A DNA stretch of 64,000 nt from Octopus vulgaris (Eukaryota): assembly GCA_951406725.2 (NCBI GenBank), contig OX597834.1, positions 2,914,001 through 2,978,000 on the forward strand, given 5' to 3'. Below the pieces are notes generated by a model that saw only the letters and a program-made list of their open reading frames with translations, had not been told where the DNA came from and searched no databases. Both the position numbers and the translations under genes were made by a program. This document shows, piece after piece, positions 16,181-32,279 of the stretch; positions within the stretch are counted from its first letter, which is position 1; every line of letters starts with the position of its first letter.

Positions 16181-16181
<1 letters not shown>
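15800..16181 (+). mobile_element. Non-autonomous Helitron-like element in (TA)n
   Basis: 3' GC hairpin CCCGAGCAACGCCGGG, then GATACTG and CTAG|T terminus; no TSD or TIR. Confidence 0.75.
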
Positions 16182-16230
<49 letters not shown>

Positions 16231-16881
16231 TTTGATACTTTGATACTTTGATAGGTTTCGGCCATTATTGGCCCAGGCCATGTCTAACTTAATAGCACCA
16301 TAATATGGATTCAGTTGGATTAGATACTTAAATTGAGACACATTGCCAGTTCGGTATAATCTGCACACCCCCAACAATATTATTTGGATATTGACTATCA
16401 AGACTCTGTGTAGGGGTATTTCTACCCGGTATTTCTGCCGTGTGCGTAGACAATGTAACCTAGCTAAGTGAAGATGTTCTCTCTTGGTAATTCAGACATG
16501 TACTTTTTATAAGCATGCTTTCTATAGTATTTCCGAAGTGCAGATTCCAAGCTAGGTGAACAGAATATAAATAAGTAGCAAAGATGTAGAGGTGTCAATT
16601 CATTACAGCCGTTTCAAGCTGCTCTATTCAGTTGATTAATGAATCAATTAAATGGAGCCACTTGTAGTGGCCGTAATGAAATGTCACCTCTACATCTTTG
16701 TTACTTATTTATATTCTATGTGTGTGTATGTATATATATGTATATATATATATATACATACATAAACGTACATATATATATATATAACACATACATGTGC
16801 GTGTGTAATACGCATACACACACATTTATATATATGAAGGTCTGTGTACATAGAAACACATTTACGCTTACAACAAAAAAT

Positions 16882-17770
16882 GCGAATTCCTGTACATGTG
16901 TCCGCATGGCTTCCCGGCACACAGGGCCAGCCTTCTGAGGTTCTCCTACACTTAAATATCACATATTTGGAATCAGGGTAACCCCGGAAGTGTTCCTGTA
17001 CTACTTTGCTCTGCTGACCTGCGGCGCAAGTTCAGATCACGCTGAAACACCTTCAGTTCTTACAATGAGCAAAATTCAAACGAACAATTTGAACAATGAA
17101 AGGAGAAATATACAGAGAAAACCAAACTGGATGTTGGCTAGAGAAATATATTCCAGGTATTTAGAAAGCGAATAGCAAGCAGGCAGAATAATTAACGTGA
17201 TTAGGAACTCCTTTAACTTTATGTTTCGCTAATAAAATATACTTTCATGTTGATTTCAAATAAAAACGGCTCCAAGTTGCAATTTTGTTATTGATCAAAT
17301 CCTTTTCTTTCGAATGAAATCCATGAAACATGAAGCGATAGACTCTTTCCTCTTACTGAATCCGTTCTTCACGAAGAAAAACAAACTCTTTTATATCATG
17401 AATCACCTTTTTTCAAACGGTTTTTGAAAGTCAAATTAGAATTAACAAACGGTAAAAAAAATTATTTTTTTTTGTTTTTCATTGAATGAACGTTTGGAAA
17501 GTTGTACCTGACGATATCAAAATAGAAAGGTGTCAAAACAAGACCGGAATTGAAGGGAAACGTTATAATGGGGGCTGGGGTGAGGTATGGAGTCATAAAC
17601 TGGAAAAGCGAAAACTTGGGACTTCCAGGTGAAAAGGGATCCAGTGAAGTGTTTGACTCGATATGATTGGGTGAAGATTTAGGACAAATCACTAAATGTC
17701 AGCGGTGGGTGGGTGTCCCGGAGAGAGACTGACTTTATTTATGCAGATAAAGAATTATTGATGTTATGTC
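16882..17770 (+). repeat. Left arm of long-range inverted repeat (near-identical core 16966-17560)
   Basis: Reverse complement of 46057-46907. About 13 mismatches in ~595 nt of core by hand alignment; flanks are much more diverged. Confidence 0.92.
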
Positions 17771-17844
17771 ACAGCTTATTTTGTACAAGCCTTGCAGTTT
17801 TAAGGCTTTCAGGAGGAATTCCTTGACTTTGTGTATACGTGAAT

Positions 17845-18793
<949 letters not shown>

Positions 18794-19876
18794 CGTGTGT
18801 GTGTGCACATGAATACGTATTTTTACATGCATGGATACACACGCACACAAACACACACACACGTGTGCGTTTGCATCTATGTTTCACGTTTTAGTAGCGT
18901 TCCTGTTTATATTCCGTGTTCAAATCGCGCCAAGGTGAACTTAAACTTTCATTTTTCCGGGTTCGACCAAAAACAAGTACCAGTTATATAATGGGGTCGA
19001 ATCACGCCCTAATAATATCTTAAATAACGAAGGTTTTGATGCGAATTATATCATAACCGTTATAAATTCTGAGGTGGTGTTATCAGAAACACCAAGGGTC
19101 ATGCTCTGCATAACGTTTCGATGGACTCATGTACCTTCGATTTAATGAGCTAGTGAATTTTAACTCATTAAAACAAAAATATATTAATTAAAAATGGTGA
19201 AGAGGCTGAAGAAACGATTGACTTTATGCTCAGCAATGGTTTGCATATGTTTCCTGAATGTGTTTCGGCAGATTGAAATGAGAATATGGTAGTCGCTGTT
19301 GTGTACGTCACATGAGAGCAATTTCTCCTTTTTATGAGGACATTGTCTTCATAGCACACTTCTCCTATAAAAGGAAGAAATCGTACTGTGACGTACTCAA
19401 CGCCGACTAACATATTTGCATTAAAATCTGTTGGAATCTATTAAGAATTAACACGCAAAATCATTGTTTCGGATCTCGCTGTACGCTGTGCGAATAATGA
19501 TTTTTTTTTTATTTTTAAATCAGGTCAGGAAAGACAAGGGAGGTAACTCCTGGAATGCTAATTAATGAAAATGACATTCCTGATGATGATGATGATGATG
19601 AACGATTAACTTAATGTTACCCTAAACGCAATTCCATTCCTTGAGTTCCCTCATTAAAGCAATTTAGCATCGATTTCCTTAAGTCAGTTAAGAAATAACA
19701 AAACCACTTCTGGGGATCGAACGACGTGTCTGTCGGTTGCCAGTTATCCGCATTACCGATTGTACTACAAAAACACCTGCATTTATTTGTGGTGTCCTCC
19801 CATTGTACGGCTTCGGTTGTTAAAACAGGGCATATTCGATGCGGAATGGTGAGGCCACTGCTTCTCTCTCTCTCTT

Positions 19877-19922
<46 letters not shown>

Positions 19923-20019
19923 ACTCTCTCTATCTATCTATCTCTATCTCCCCCTCTCCCTCTCTCTCTCTATTCCTCGTCCTCACAGTACTGAGTGTGT
20001 TTCCACTCATATATTCACA

Positions 20020-20385
20020 TACAAACACGAAAACTGGGTCCTCCGTCGCTCTCGACGATTGAGTATTCAGTTGTTCGACCAACTGAATTAAAAAGAATAA
20101 CGTTCCTTCCTGTATCATATAGTCCCATGGGGCCAGCTTTCCCCATGTTCGCCGCATCTGGACCAGACTGGAGCAACGTGAAATGAAGTGTTTTGCTGAA
20201 GAGCACCACGCGTCGCCCGCTCCAAAAATCGAAACCACAATCTTACGGTCATATGTCCAACACTGCTAACCACTAAGCCACGTGCCACCAATAACTGAGT
20301 TGCCGCTACATGAAATTAACATGCAAGTGGCTGAATACTCCGCACACATATGTAACCTTAATGTGATTCCCTGGCAGAATTTGCC
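20020..20385 (-). mobile_element. SINE family C-related fragments
   Basis: GCAACGTGAAATGAAGTG...ATCGAAACCACAATCTTACG...AACCACTAAGCCAC. Confidence 0.72.
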
Positions 20386-20505
20386 TGACACAATGAAAGG
20401 GGGCGGCACAGTGCATGGTGAGAGGGGAGAGAGAGGGGGAAGGAATGAGGAGAGAAAAGAGAGAGAGAGGCCAGCACCAGCACTTGGTAGTCCTTTAACC
20501 TAGAG

Positions 20506-21295
20506 CAGAGGTCACCAAGCTCCGGCCCGCGAGGTCAGTTCATCCGGCTGCGGGGTCATTCCGAAAAGCTCTACCTGCGACGATTTCATCTCAATCGAAG
20601 GAGAGGAGCTTTCTCCGTCCGGGTTGCGGATCCGTGGAACAAGCTGCTAGACGAGATGGTGAAGATGTCGACGACCGCTTTGTTCAAAGCCTCCCTGGAC
20701 CTCAAGTGGCCTGAACTCTTTACATGAACACCACCCTGTACTTAACTCCATGTCCCCCTACATGGCCTTGCTATTTGCTTTTGAGCCAAATTAACTAACT
20801 AACTAACTAACATCCAACCCGCCACTGCACTGCACCTTTTGTGTAAGTACCTGCAATGAGAGTTCATGTGCTTCTGGTATAGCATCGGTGTTTGGAACAA
20901 CTTATGTCTGAGAACAACCATTTTCAATAATGAAGAATGTGAAGTCAGCGCATTGAACGAGGTTGATTGATGGGCATTCGAAAGCAATTCTCTTGGTTGG
21001 ATGCAGAAATTGCAAAGCAAAAATTGATGATATCTTAAAAGCTAAACACTAGTTTCACAAATCTCACGAATCCTTTTTTGCTGCTTCGTTTGTGAAATTC
21101 GAATATGTACGCATTGGGTGTGATATAACGATCTTATTGCTAAGATCGCTTTTGATAACTTTTTGATAGATAAATACGTTGGTCGTCCTTATTTCTTGTA
21201 TATTCACTGCATTGTATTGAACAAAATGGTTATGCAACCCGCACTTGTCATTCTCTGTTATCTGGTGCACTGTGGAAAAAGTTGGGTGACCCCTG
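20506..21295. mobile_element. Non-autonomous hAT (Charlie-like) element
   Basis: TIRs CAGAGGTCACCAA / TTGGGTGACCCCTG, subterminal CCGGCCCGCG, and an 8-bp TSD ACCTAGAG/CCCTAGAG. Confidence 0.82.
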
Positions 21296-21650
21296 CCCTA
21301 GAGTAAACTGGAGCATCGGGAAACGAAAGGGCGGAACGAACCACCCCGTCCAAGAATGGAACCTACCAGTCATATGATCAGGGTTCGAGCATCATCAGGG
21401 ACCGTTAACCAAAGTCCATTCTTTCGTCAGTTTTGACACCACCAAACTGGTCCCTGGGTACTTTCAGAAGAGCCCACCCTATTGTTACCCAATTTACGCA
21501 TGTATGTACGTAAATATGTTTATATATGTGTGTGTGTGCTTGTATGTATATATATATATATACACACACACACAGAGGCAGACGTACAGATAGATAAAAA
21601 TACATAAATCAAATATGTATGTGTATGTGTATATATATATATATACACAC

Positions 21651-21755
<105 letters not shown>

Positions 21756-21857
21756 CGTATATTTACCATTTAAATATGGCTAACCCCTAACTATATATAT
21801 ATATAGTTAATAAAACATATATGAGAAAAAAGCACACTCTATATATATGTATGTATT

Positions 21858-21898
<41 letters not shown>

Positions 21899-21924
21899 AT
21901 ATGGCACAACTCCAGCATTATTGA

Positions 21925-22052
21925 GGGTAGGGTGAAATCGATTATATTGATTCCAGTGCGCTCAACTGGTACTTATTTAATCGACCTCGAAAGACGAAAG
22001 GGAAAGTTGACGTCGATGGAATTTGAACTCAAAACGTAGAGAGCCGGAAGAA
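21925..22052 (-). mobile_element. SINE family A, partial
   Basis: CTGGTACTTATTTAATCGACC...GGAATTTGAACTC. Confidence 0.7.
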
Positions 22053-22160
22053 ACGTGTGTGTGCGCGCGCGCGCGTGTGTTAATGAATATGTTTGCTGCT
22101 GGAGTGGTGAAGTTGATGAAGATTGATATAGCAAGAGGGTGAGAGAGGGAGAGAGAGGTG

Positions 22161-22263
<103 letters not shown>

Positions 22264-22369
22264 AATAAAGAGAAAAGAAATAGATGAAAATTTGAACCTA
22301 TGAACTATGGCTTTACAACCCCCTGCTAGAAACAGCAGCTAAATCTCCCTGCAATCACATCCTAACATC

Positions 22370-22850
22370 CCAAGAAGAACTCATGAGCTAATTCAGTCCT
22401 AGATGCACAATGTCTGAATAAACGACAGAATGCATTTATCTGAAACACTGTTGATTAAAAGTGACCTGGAACAGGGTTCGCCTAGGGTTAAATAAGAAAG
22501 GGCACATCAGAGAATATAGTCCTAGATGCTCTTATGTCTCAGATAAAAGACGAGATGGTCACAGTAGCAGCCTCTTTGATCGTAGGTCCACTGGATTAGT
22601 TATAACCTAGGGTTAAACAGCAAGGAAGGACACGTTAGACAATGTTGTCCTACATAGACTATGTCTTAATAACGACATGATGGTCACAGCTGGAGCACCT
22701 TTGATCATAGATCTGCTAGATTAGAGATAACCTGGGGCTAAGCAAGAATGTAGTCTTAGATAAATGTATATCTAAGTAGAAGTGGGGATGGTCACAACTG
22801 GAACGTCTTTGATCATAGGTCTGCTGGAGCATGGCTGACCCAGGGTTAAT
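22370..22850 (+). repeat. Diverged ~120 bp tandem repeat, about 4 units
   Basis: Recurring GTCCTAGAT...GATGGTCACA...CTTTGATCATAGGTCTGCT...AGGGTTAAA. Related units occur at ~1950-2130. Confidence 0.8.
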
Positions 22851-22984
22851 CCTACCATTCACAGCTCACGCATTTAAATCCTGACCTAATTAAGGTGAGA
22901 TTAATTATATCATTACACAATGCTTAATAACAACTATTGGATTAAGAAAACTGGTTTCGTTGTAGCTTTAGCAATGGAGGCGAT

Positions 22985-23032
22985 GGTGGTGGCGGCGGCG
23001 GCGGTGGCAGTGGTGACGGTGGTGGTGGTGGT

Positions 23033-23096
<64 letters not shown>

Positions 23097-23140
23097 GTGG
23101 TGGTGGTGGTGGTGGTGGTGGTGGTGGTGGTGGTGGTGGT
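22985..23140 (+). repeat. (GGT)n/(GGC)n compound repeat
   Basis: Direct reading. Confidence 0.95.
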
Positions 23141-23830
23141 GTATGTATGTATGTATGAATTGGTGTATGTGTGTGTGTGCGTGTGTATGCGTGTCAATGT
23201 ATTTCTATATGTCGATGTATGTGCATATGTTTTGTTTTGTGTATGTATTTGTATCTGTATAGAAAGTATGTGCTTCTGTGTCTGAGCACATGTAGATGTC
23301 GCTACGAGCGTATGCGTGTATGGTTGTCTGTGTCCGTATGTGTACTGTGTGGATGTGCTTGTATGCGTGTGCATATAATTGTGTTTGAATGTCTGCTTGT
23401 ATGTGTATCTCCATGTATATGTGTGTGTGTGCGTATATGCAAGAATGAATGTGCGTATTATGCACGTATGTATAAATATGTACATGTGAGTATGTATGCA
23501 TATATGGGTGTGTGTGTGTGTATGTATACATGGATGTGTGAATGTGTTTGTGTGTGTGAATGTGTGTAAAGGTGTGTGCATATATAATTGTATGAGCTTG
23601 TTTATCTGTGTATGGAAATAACAGTGTGTCTGTATATATGTGTGTATGAGTGTACATAAGAAAGATAGTGTGTATGTGTATTGGTACATGTGTGTGTATA
23701 GATCTATACATGTGTGTGAATTTGTGTATAGGTGTGTGTGCATGCGTATATGTGCGTATGTATGAACCCATTTAACTGTGTGCTTCTATGGATGGCTGCT
23801 TTTACGTATAGATGTGTGTGTATGGATATG

Positions 23831-23866
<36 letters not shown>

Positions 23867-23989
23867 CGCGCGCATATATGTGCATGTCTGCGTAGAGCAA
23901 AGTGAGTGTTAAACTATATATGTAATATATGTGTGTATGTATGATTATATATTTATATATATATATCCATATATATATATATATATATG

Positions 23990-24295
23990 AAAGCGCGTGG
24001 CTCAGGGGTTTGAGAGTCGAGCTTACGATTGGGAGATAGTGAGTTCGATTCCCGGACCGGGCTGTGTGTTGTGTTCTTGAGCAAGAGACTTTATTTCACG
24101 TTGCTTTTAGTTCACTCAACTGTAAAAATGATTTGCGACGTCCCTTGTGCCCAGCTCTGTCGGCCCCTTTGGCTTTCCCTTGGAAAACATCGGTGATGTG
24201 GAGAGGCTGGTATGCATGGGTGACTACTGGTCTTCCATAAACAACCTTGGCCGGACTTGTGTCTCCCGTGGTCATTCATGACCGAAGGGGGGGGG
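23990..24295 (+). mobile_element. tRNA-derived SINE family C
   Basis: GTGGCTCAGGGGTT...GAGTTCGATTCCC (A/B boxes), then TGTGTTCTTGAGCAAGA.ACTTTATTTCAC. Confidence 0.8.
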
Positions 24296-24955
24296 GTCAA
24301 CTTTTTTTACATATATACACATACATATATGCATATATTTGTATGTGTGTGTGTTTATGAGTATATATGGTTATATATGTATATGCATGTGTTCCCCACC
24401 ACACCCAGTGGTTTTTATAGTTCTTCAGGCAGCTGCCCCCTTGGCACCCAGGTAACATTTCTAGGGCCCCCTTGGCACCCAGGTAACATTTCTAGGGCCC
24501 CCTTCCACTTACCACCACAACCATAGATCACTTTCTGAAGCAAATTCAGAATATCAGTATTTCACAAATAAAACTTAACCCATTATTTTGTTTTGTTTTT
24601 ACATCATTCACCCTTCTTTGACCACCACATTATTACCCCACTTTTTTTCGATGTCCCCTGGATCTTTCCCCTGCCTTCAAGCAGCAGTACCGCCCACTTT
24701 GGGAACCGCTGTTCTAACCCACATCTCAAATCATCCCTGATTCTCTCCCATCACAGTCTCACTACCCCTACCTACCCACCTTCTCTGGTCTTCTGTCCCC
24801 AGGCGATCTCTCCACCCCACACCTTATGACCCCCATTCACCCACCCACACTTCTATAATGCGAGATAGCCATGTATCTCCTCTACAGTCAGGAAACTTTT
24901 TCATTTCTCTTCTTTGATATTTTAACCTCTCTACGCCAAACAGAAAAAAAACTAG

Positions 24956-25031
<76 letters not shown>

Positions 25032-26159
25032 CTGTAGCCACATTCAGTTGACCAGAATCTTAATCTTGCGGGCTGCACGGTGACCACACTAGGACTGGTG
25101 CCATGAAAACAGAGCAGGTGCAGTCTGTAAAGTGGTTGGCATTAGGAAGAGCATCCGGCCGTGGAAACCAGGCCAAAACAGAGAAACGAAGCCCAGGATG
25201 GCCTTCCGGTTCGCCAGCTCCTGTTGGACCCTCCAGCCCAGGCTAGCATCAAACACGGGCGTTAGATAATGATGATGATGAGGAGGAGGAGGAGGAGGAG
25301 GAGGAGGAGATGAGGATATGATGATGAGGAGGAGGACGAAGAGGTGGATGGTGGTGGTGGTGGTGATGATAATGATATATGTGTATGTGAGAATGGATGC
25401 ATTTACATATGTAGGGATACATTTGATATATACCTATATGTATATACATAAATATCTATCTATATAAGTAGATAGATAGATAGATAGATAGATGAATGGA
25501 TAGGTATGTCTATATTTATATATATATATATGTACAGGCGCATATAATATATATTTTATGTGTATGCATATATATATATATATATGTCATACATGTACGA
25601 GTGTATAAACATATGTAGATATGCGTGTGTGTTTGTGTGCATATACGTATATGTATATGTATATTTGTGTGTGTGTGTGTGTGTGTAAATAGATGTATGT
25701 ATGCCCGGTCCTGTGCCTATATGCATGTTCCTTCACAACTACATGACAGTCTGACCCGTTTGCAGCGAAAAACTTCGATCTTCTGAAATTATCCAAGCAA
25801 ACAGTTGAGGAAATCTCTCCCCCCCCCCACTGTAGCTGGTATTTAAAATCTAAAAACAAAAATAATAAGTAAAAAAGACCAAGGAGACAACACTAACAAG
25901 ACCAAATGAACGAAATCAGTGGAGCATGGAGCGGTTTTTGAGTTTAAAGCCAACTGGCGAAATTAGACATGTTTCTGGCTTATTTGACCTTATCAGCGAT
26001 GTATATTCGTCTCAGAAGATGAGACTGGAACCAATATTTGTGTATGTGAATAGGAAGCTGTGTGTGTGCAAGTGCGTGTGTATGCACGTGTGTGCGCGCG
26101 TGCAACTTGATATAGATGTATAATTTATTTACATGCATGAATGTGTATGTGTATATATA

Positions 26160-26207
<48 letters not shown>

Positions 26208-26261
26208 CCCACACACACTCACACACACACATATATATATATATGCACACATATATAATCC

Positions 26262-26578
26262 CGGCTATCCGTCATCCGTCGGTTACGACGATGACTGTCC
26301 CTGTTGATCCGATCAATGGAATAGCCTGCTCATGAAACTAACGTGTAAGTGGCTGAGTACTCCACAGACATGTGAAACCCTTAACATAGTTCACAGGGAG
26401 ATTCAGTGTGACACGGAATGTGACAAAACTGGCCCTTTTTGGAATTACAGATATAACTCATTTTTGCCAGGTGGGTGGACTGGACCAATGTGAAATGAAG
26501 TGTCTTGCTCAAGGACACAATGTGTACTAGGAATCGAACTCACGACCTTACGGTCGTGATCTGTATACCCTAACCACG
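26262..26578 (-). mobile_element. SINE family C
   Basis: GTGAAATGAAGTGTCTTGCTCAAGGACACAA...GGAATCGAACTCAC; collinear with 14638-14935. Confidence 0.8.
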
Positions 26579-26609
26579 CATACACACACACATACATATG
26601 TATGCATAC

Positions 26610-26739
<130 letters not shown>

Positions 26740-27014
26740 GTATTTATTTTATAGAAGGAGCTTCTACAGGACTAGAACTGTTTCATTTAGATATATGCAT
26801 ACATGCATGCATATAAATATGTATATACATACATACATATATGTATATATGTGTGTGTCTATGTATATATACAAATGTATATATCTATCTATCTATCTAT
26901 ATATATATATATATATATAACATACCTGTATATATTTAAATACATATATATATATATACATACCTGTATTCAAATACATATATACCTCCATTTATATATA
27001 TATATAGCTGGCTT

Positions 27015-27071
<57 letters not shown>

Positions 27072-27076
<5 letters not shown>

Positions 27077-27265
27077 AAGCCAGCTATAGTTTGTCCATGA
27101 CATGTCTAGCTTAATAGTATCCCCTGGTAAATTCTTTGGAATTGTTGTTTACCGAAATGTATTGAACCTGAGTGTTTTCGTTTTGTCTGGTATTTCTTGG
27201 ACGAATCTGGCCCGGTACCGTTTGAAGGTTACGACATCGCTTTCGTCTTCCTTTTCTTTAACAAT
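27072..27265 (-). mobile_element. CR1-like LINE extreme 3' end
   Basis: Minus strand reads VTFKRYRARFVQEIPDK (compare FK..LDKFL..IPD at 59900). A related 3' end (IKLDMAWAN) lies at ~16255-16450. Confidence 0.6.
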
Positions 27266-27423
27266 AAACATGTGTGAATGTGTGTATATTACACAAACAC
27301 ACATTCATTCATATAAAAAAGTCGATATATATATATATATATATATATATAGGCTTTTTCATACACCTGTCTTCGTCTTTTGTTTTTTCTATAAATTTCA
27401 ACTATATTCATACGTATATATAC

Positions 27424-27456
<33 letters not shown>

Positions 27457-27894
27457 CATATATATATATGTATGTATGTATGTATGTATAATACATACAC
27501 ATACATGTGTTTGTATGTGTGTTTGCATGTATGTGAATGTGCGTGTGTATGTGGTTGTGTTTGTTTTTATAATTGTGTATGTGAGACAAATAGATGTAAT
27601 TACGTATATATATCTAGCGAACAGTCGATGTGTGTGTGTATTTACGTGTGTGTATACCTATGTAAATATATTTTTTTACATGCGCCGATGTTCATGTTTC
27701 TATGCAACGCGCGTACATATGCACACAACATATATTCATGTATATATATATATATATATATACATGTATACACAAGTATACATGCATATATACAAATGCA
27801 TATATATATATATATGTGTATGTATCTACATATACATATGTATATGCAGGTACGTAAATATATAAATATATATGTGTGTGTGTGTGTGTGTGTG

Positions 27895-27929
<35 letters not shown>

Positions 27930-28407
27930 AAGTCTCTCTATTTATATATGTGTACGTATATGTGCAAATACCTATGTGTTTATGTTCATGTGTGTACTTC
28001 TGCATTTCTGCTTGTATAGATGTGTATGTACACCATAAATGTTTGTACCGAAGTGTGTGTGCTTGTGTTTGTGTGTGTTTATAGAATTCTAACCTAGCAG
28101 CTATGCACGTGTGTGTGTGTGTCGATATATATATATATTATTGAAGTAGATAAATGAATTATCTTATTACGGATAATTCAAATGATAACCGATACCTGGG
28201 TAGCAAAAATCACAACATATATGTGTGTACGAGTCTGACTGTGTCGAAGTGTGTCTATATGTATACACACATAACAACTCTGTGCATCTCCAGGTAGACA
28301 TCTACATACATCACTTGATGCACAGGCATGTGTGTGTGTGATGTGTATATAAGGATTGAAATTCGTGTCGCCTCGTATATGAATGATTCAATACGTGTAT
28401 TTCAACA

Positions 28408-28472
<65 letters not shown>

Positions 28473-28591
28473 CCGTGTGTTTGTGATACATACAGATATG
28501 CATACATTCGTATACATATGTGTGAGTGTGTGTGGGTGGGTATGTAGGTGGTTGTGTGTATACATGTATATATAAATATATGTATATTTAC

Positions 28592-28636
<45 letters not shown>

Positions 28637-28715
28637 CATGACATCAATAACAACGTAAGTTATATTGCTACATATATAACATAGTAGATATATATATATA
28701 CATATATGTATACTA

Positions 28716-29687
<972 letters not shown>

Positions 29688-29718
29688 TTAAACACAGGTG
29701 GTTGTATGTACGTAGTGT

Positions 29719-29779
<61 letters not shown>

Positions 29780-29920
29780 ATATATATATATGTGTGTGTA
29801 GTATGTTCTAATAGATATATGTATATGTATTTATATCTATGTGTTTATACATCTGTACACAAGCATGTATGGACGCATGTATGTATGTTCATATGTATAT
29901 ATAAATATATTATATATATG

Positions 29921-29970
<50 letters not shown>

Positions 29971-30036
29971 TGCGTGTGTGTACGCAGCAATGCACGTTTA
30001 TATGTATATGTGTTTGTATGTACGTTTATATATATG

Positions 30037-30071
<35 letters not shown>

Positions 30072-30249
30072 TATGTATATATATATATATATATATATGC
30101 ACGTATGTGTGTATGTATAGGCTTGTGTGCGTCTGTATGTATGAATGTATGTATATATGTGTATATATAAATATATATATATAAAATTATAAATGTATGT
30201 GTATGAAAGTATGTGTGTGTATGTGTGTTGACGAAGTACTAGTATACGA

Positions 30250-31370
30250 TGTTTTCGTTACATGTGTGTATGTATGTATGTGTGTGTGTGTGTGTGTTTG
30301 TGCGCGCGCTTCCTTTTTTTATTTTGAGGGCATGTGTTTTTTGTACCGAAATGGTACGGAGCGTGTACAAGCGTGACCGCGCCTGTGTGCGCGTGTGTGC
30401 GCGTCTGACTGTGGATGTATGTGTGTGGAAGTGTTTTTGTCTGAATGTTTATGAGTGTATTATTAGTGCGTGTGTGTGTGTGTGTATGTGTTGGAGAGGA
30501 GGGAGGCTTCGGTTTTCTTCAACTCTCTCTCTCTCTCTCTCTCTCTCCTCCTCTCTCGCTCTTTCCCTCGTTCTCTTTCTCCGCGTTCGTTCTCTTTTCA
30601 ACCTAACCGAGAAGAGAAGGATGAAGATAAAGGGAGTAGCGAAGAGAGAAGGTGAGAGATGGTGAGAGGGTGGGAGGGAGGGGGGGATAAGACAGAATGA
30701 GAGTAATGAGAAAGAGAAAGAGGGAGAAGAAAGAGAGAGTTTAGATGGTGAGAGGGAGAAAAGCGATGAGCGAAGCAAGGAGAGAGAGAGAAAGAGAGAA
30801 AATAAAATAAAGGCGGAGAGGGAGAAACAGAGAAGAAGTAAGAGAGAGAGAGAAGAGAGACGAGGAAAAGAAGGGGGTGCGGCAACAGCAACAGCAGCAG
30901 GTGCAGCAGCAAATTCTTTACGAGAGCAACAATAGCATCACGGTATAATATGTGTGAAGGAGGAAGAGGGGAGGAGGAGAAGGAGGAGGAGGAGGAGGAT
31001 GTGCTGTATGAAATAGGATTGAATGGGAGTAGGAGGGAGAAAGGAGAGTAGAAGAGAACGTGTAAGGGAAAACGAAAGTGAAAGCAAATAGACGTGAAAT
31101 GTGGGGGAGAGGGAGGAGGAAGAACTAACGGAGTAGAAGTGAAGAGCTGGAGGAGGCGGAAGAGGAGGGGGAGGAGGAGAAGGAGCTTTCAGGCGGCGGG
31201 GAGTGGGGAAGACATTAAAATGTAAAGCCAAACAGAAATAGATTTGAGATCGGGAGAAGATAGAGAGACGAACGGAGAGTTGAATGGACGAATATAACAT
31301 AGAGAGAGAGAGAGAAAGAAAGATAAAGAGAGAGAGTAGGAGAGAAAGATAGACAGATAAATAAACAACT
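30250..31370 (-). promoter_or_regulatory. Probable 5'UTR/promoter region of the mGluR gene
   Basis: Non-TE, GA-rich (pyrimidine-rich on the sense strand) tract with local CpG enrichment (30300-30410) and a CAG/CAA run (30880-30910) upstream of the ATG. Positional inference only; no TSS is identifiable. Confidence 0.35.
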
Positions 31371-31380
31371 GGATACATAA

Positions 31381-31462
<82 letters not shown>

Positions 31463-31463
31463 T

Positions 31464-31522
<59 letters not shown>

Positions 31523-31523
31523 T

Positions 31524-31598
<75 letters not shown>

Positions 31599-31917
31599 TG
31601 ATAGATAGATAGACGTTCAGACAGATATTAACATATATGCATCCATATATATATATATATATATATATGTATGGTATATACAAACGATATGCTTTTGTAT
31701 ATACATGCACAAAAGCATACCGTTTGTATATACCATACATAAATATGCCTCCGTCTATACAAATTTTTGAATGCATGTACACTGTATATATGTAAAATAC
31801 GAGTGTAAATCATATACGACATCCAACCTATGTGTTTCTATATATTTCTGAATAGCTGAATATACATATATATATATATATATGCATACATATGTATTTA
31901 TGTATGTTTGCATATAT

Positions 31918-31980
<63 letters not shown>

Positions 31981-32231
31981 TATATACATATATATATATA
32001 CATATATATATACATATACATATATACATATATATATATACATATATATATACATATATATATAAATACATATATATGTATGCATATATATATGTATATA
32101 CATATATGTGTGTATACATATATATGTAAATATTTCTACATATGTATGCATGTATGTTTGTATGTATATATGCGTGTGTGTGTGTGTGTGTGTATATACT
32201 ATTAGTTACACATTCTTACACACATCCTTAT

Positions 32232-32279
<48 letters not shown>

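Noticed and set aside
16990-17175. 61-aa ORF duplicated in both inverted-repeat arms
   Set aside because: It has a GTG start and no recognisable domain; its conservation is explained by the overall identity of the DNA core.
22370-22850. CRISPR-like periodicity
   Set aside because: Eukaryotic context, whole units are homologous, and there are no unique spacers or cas genes.
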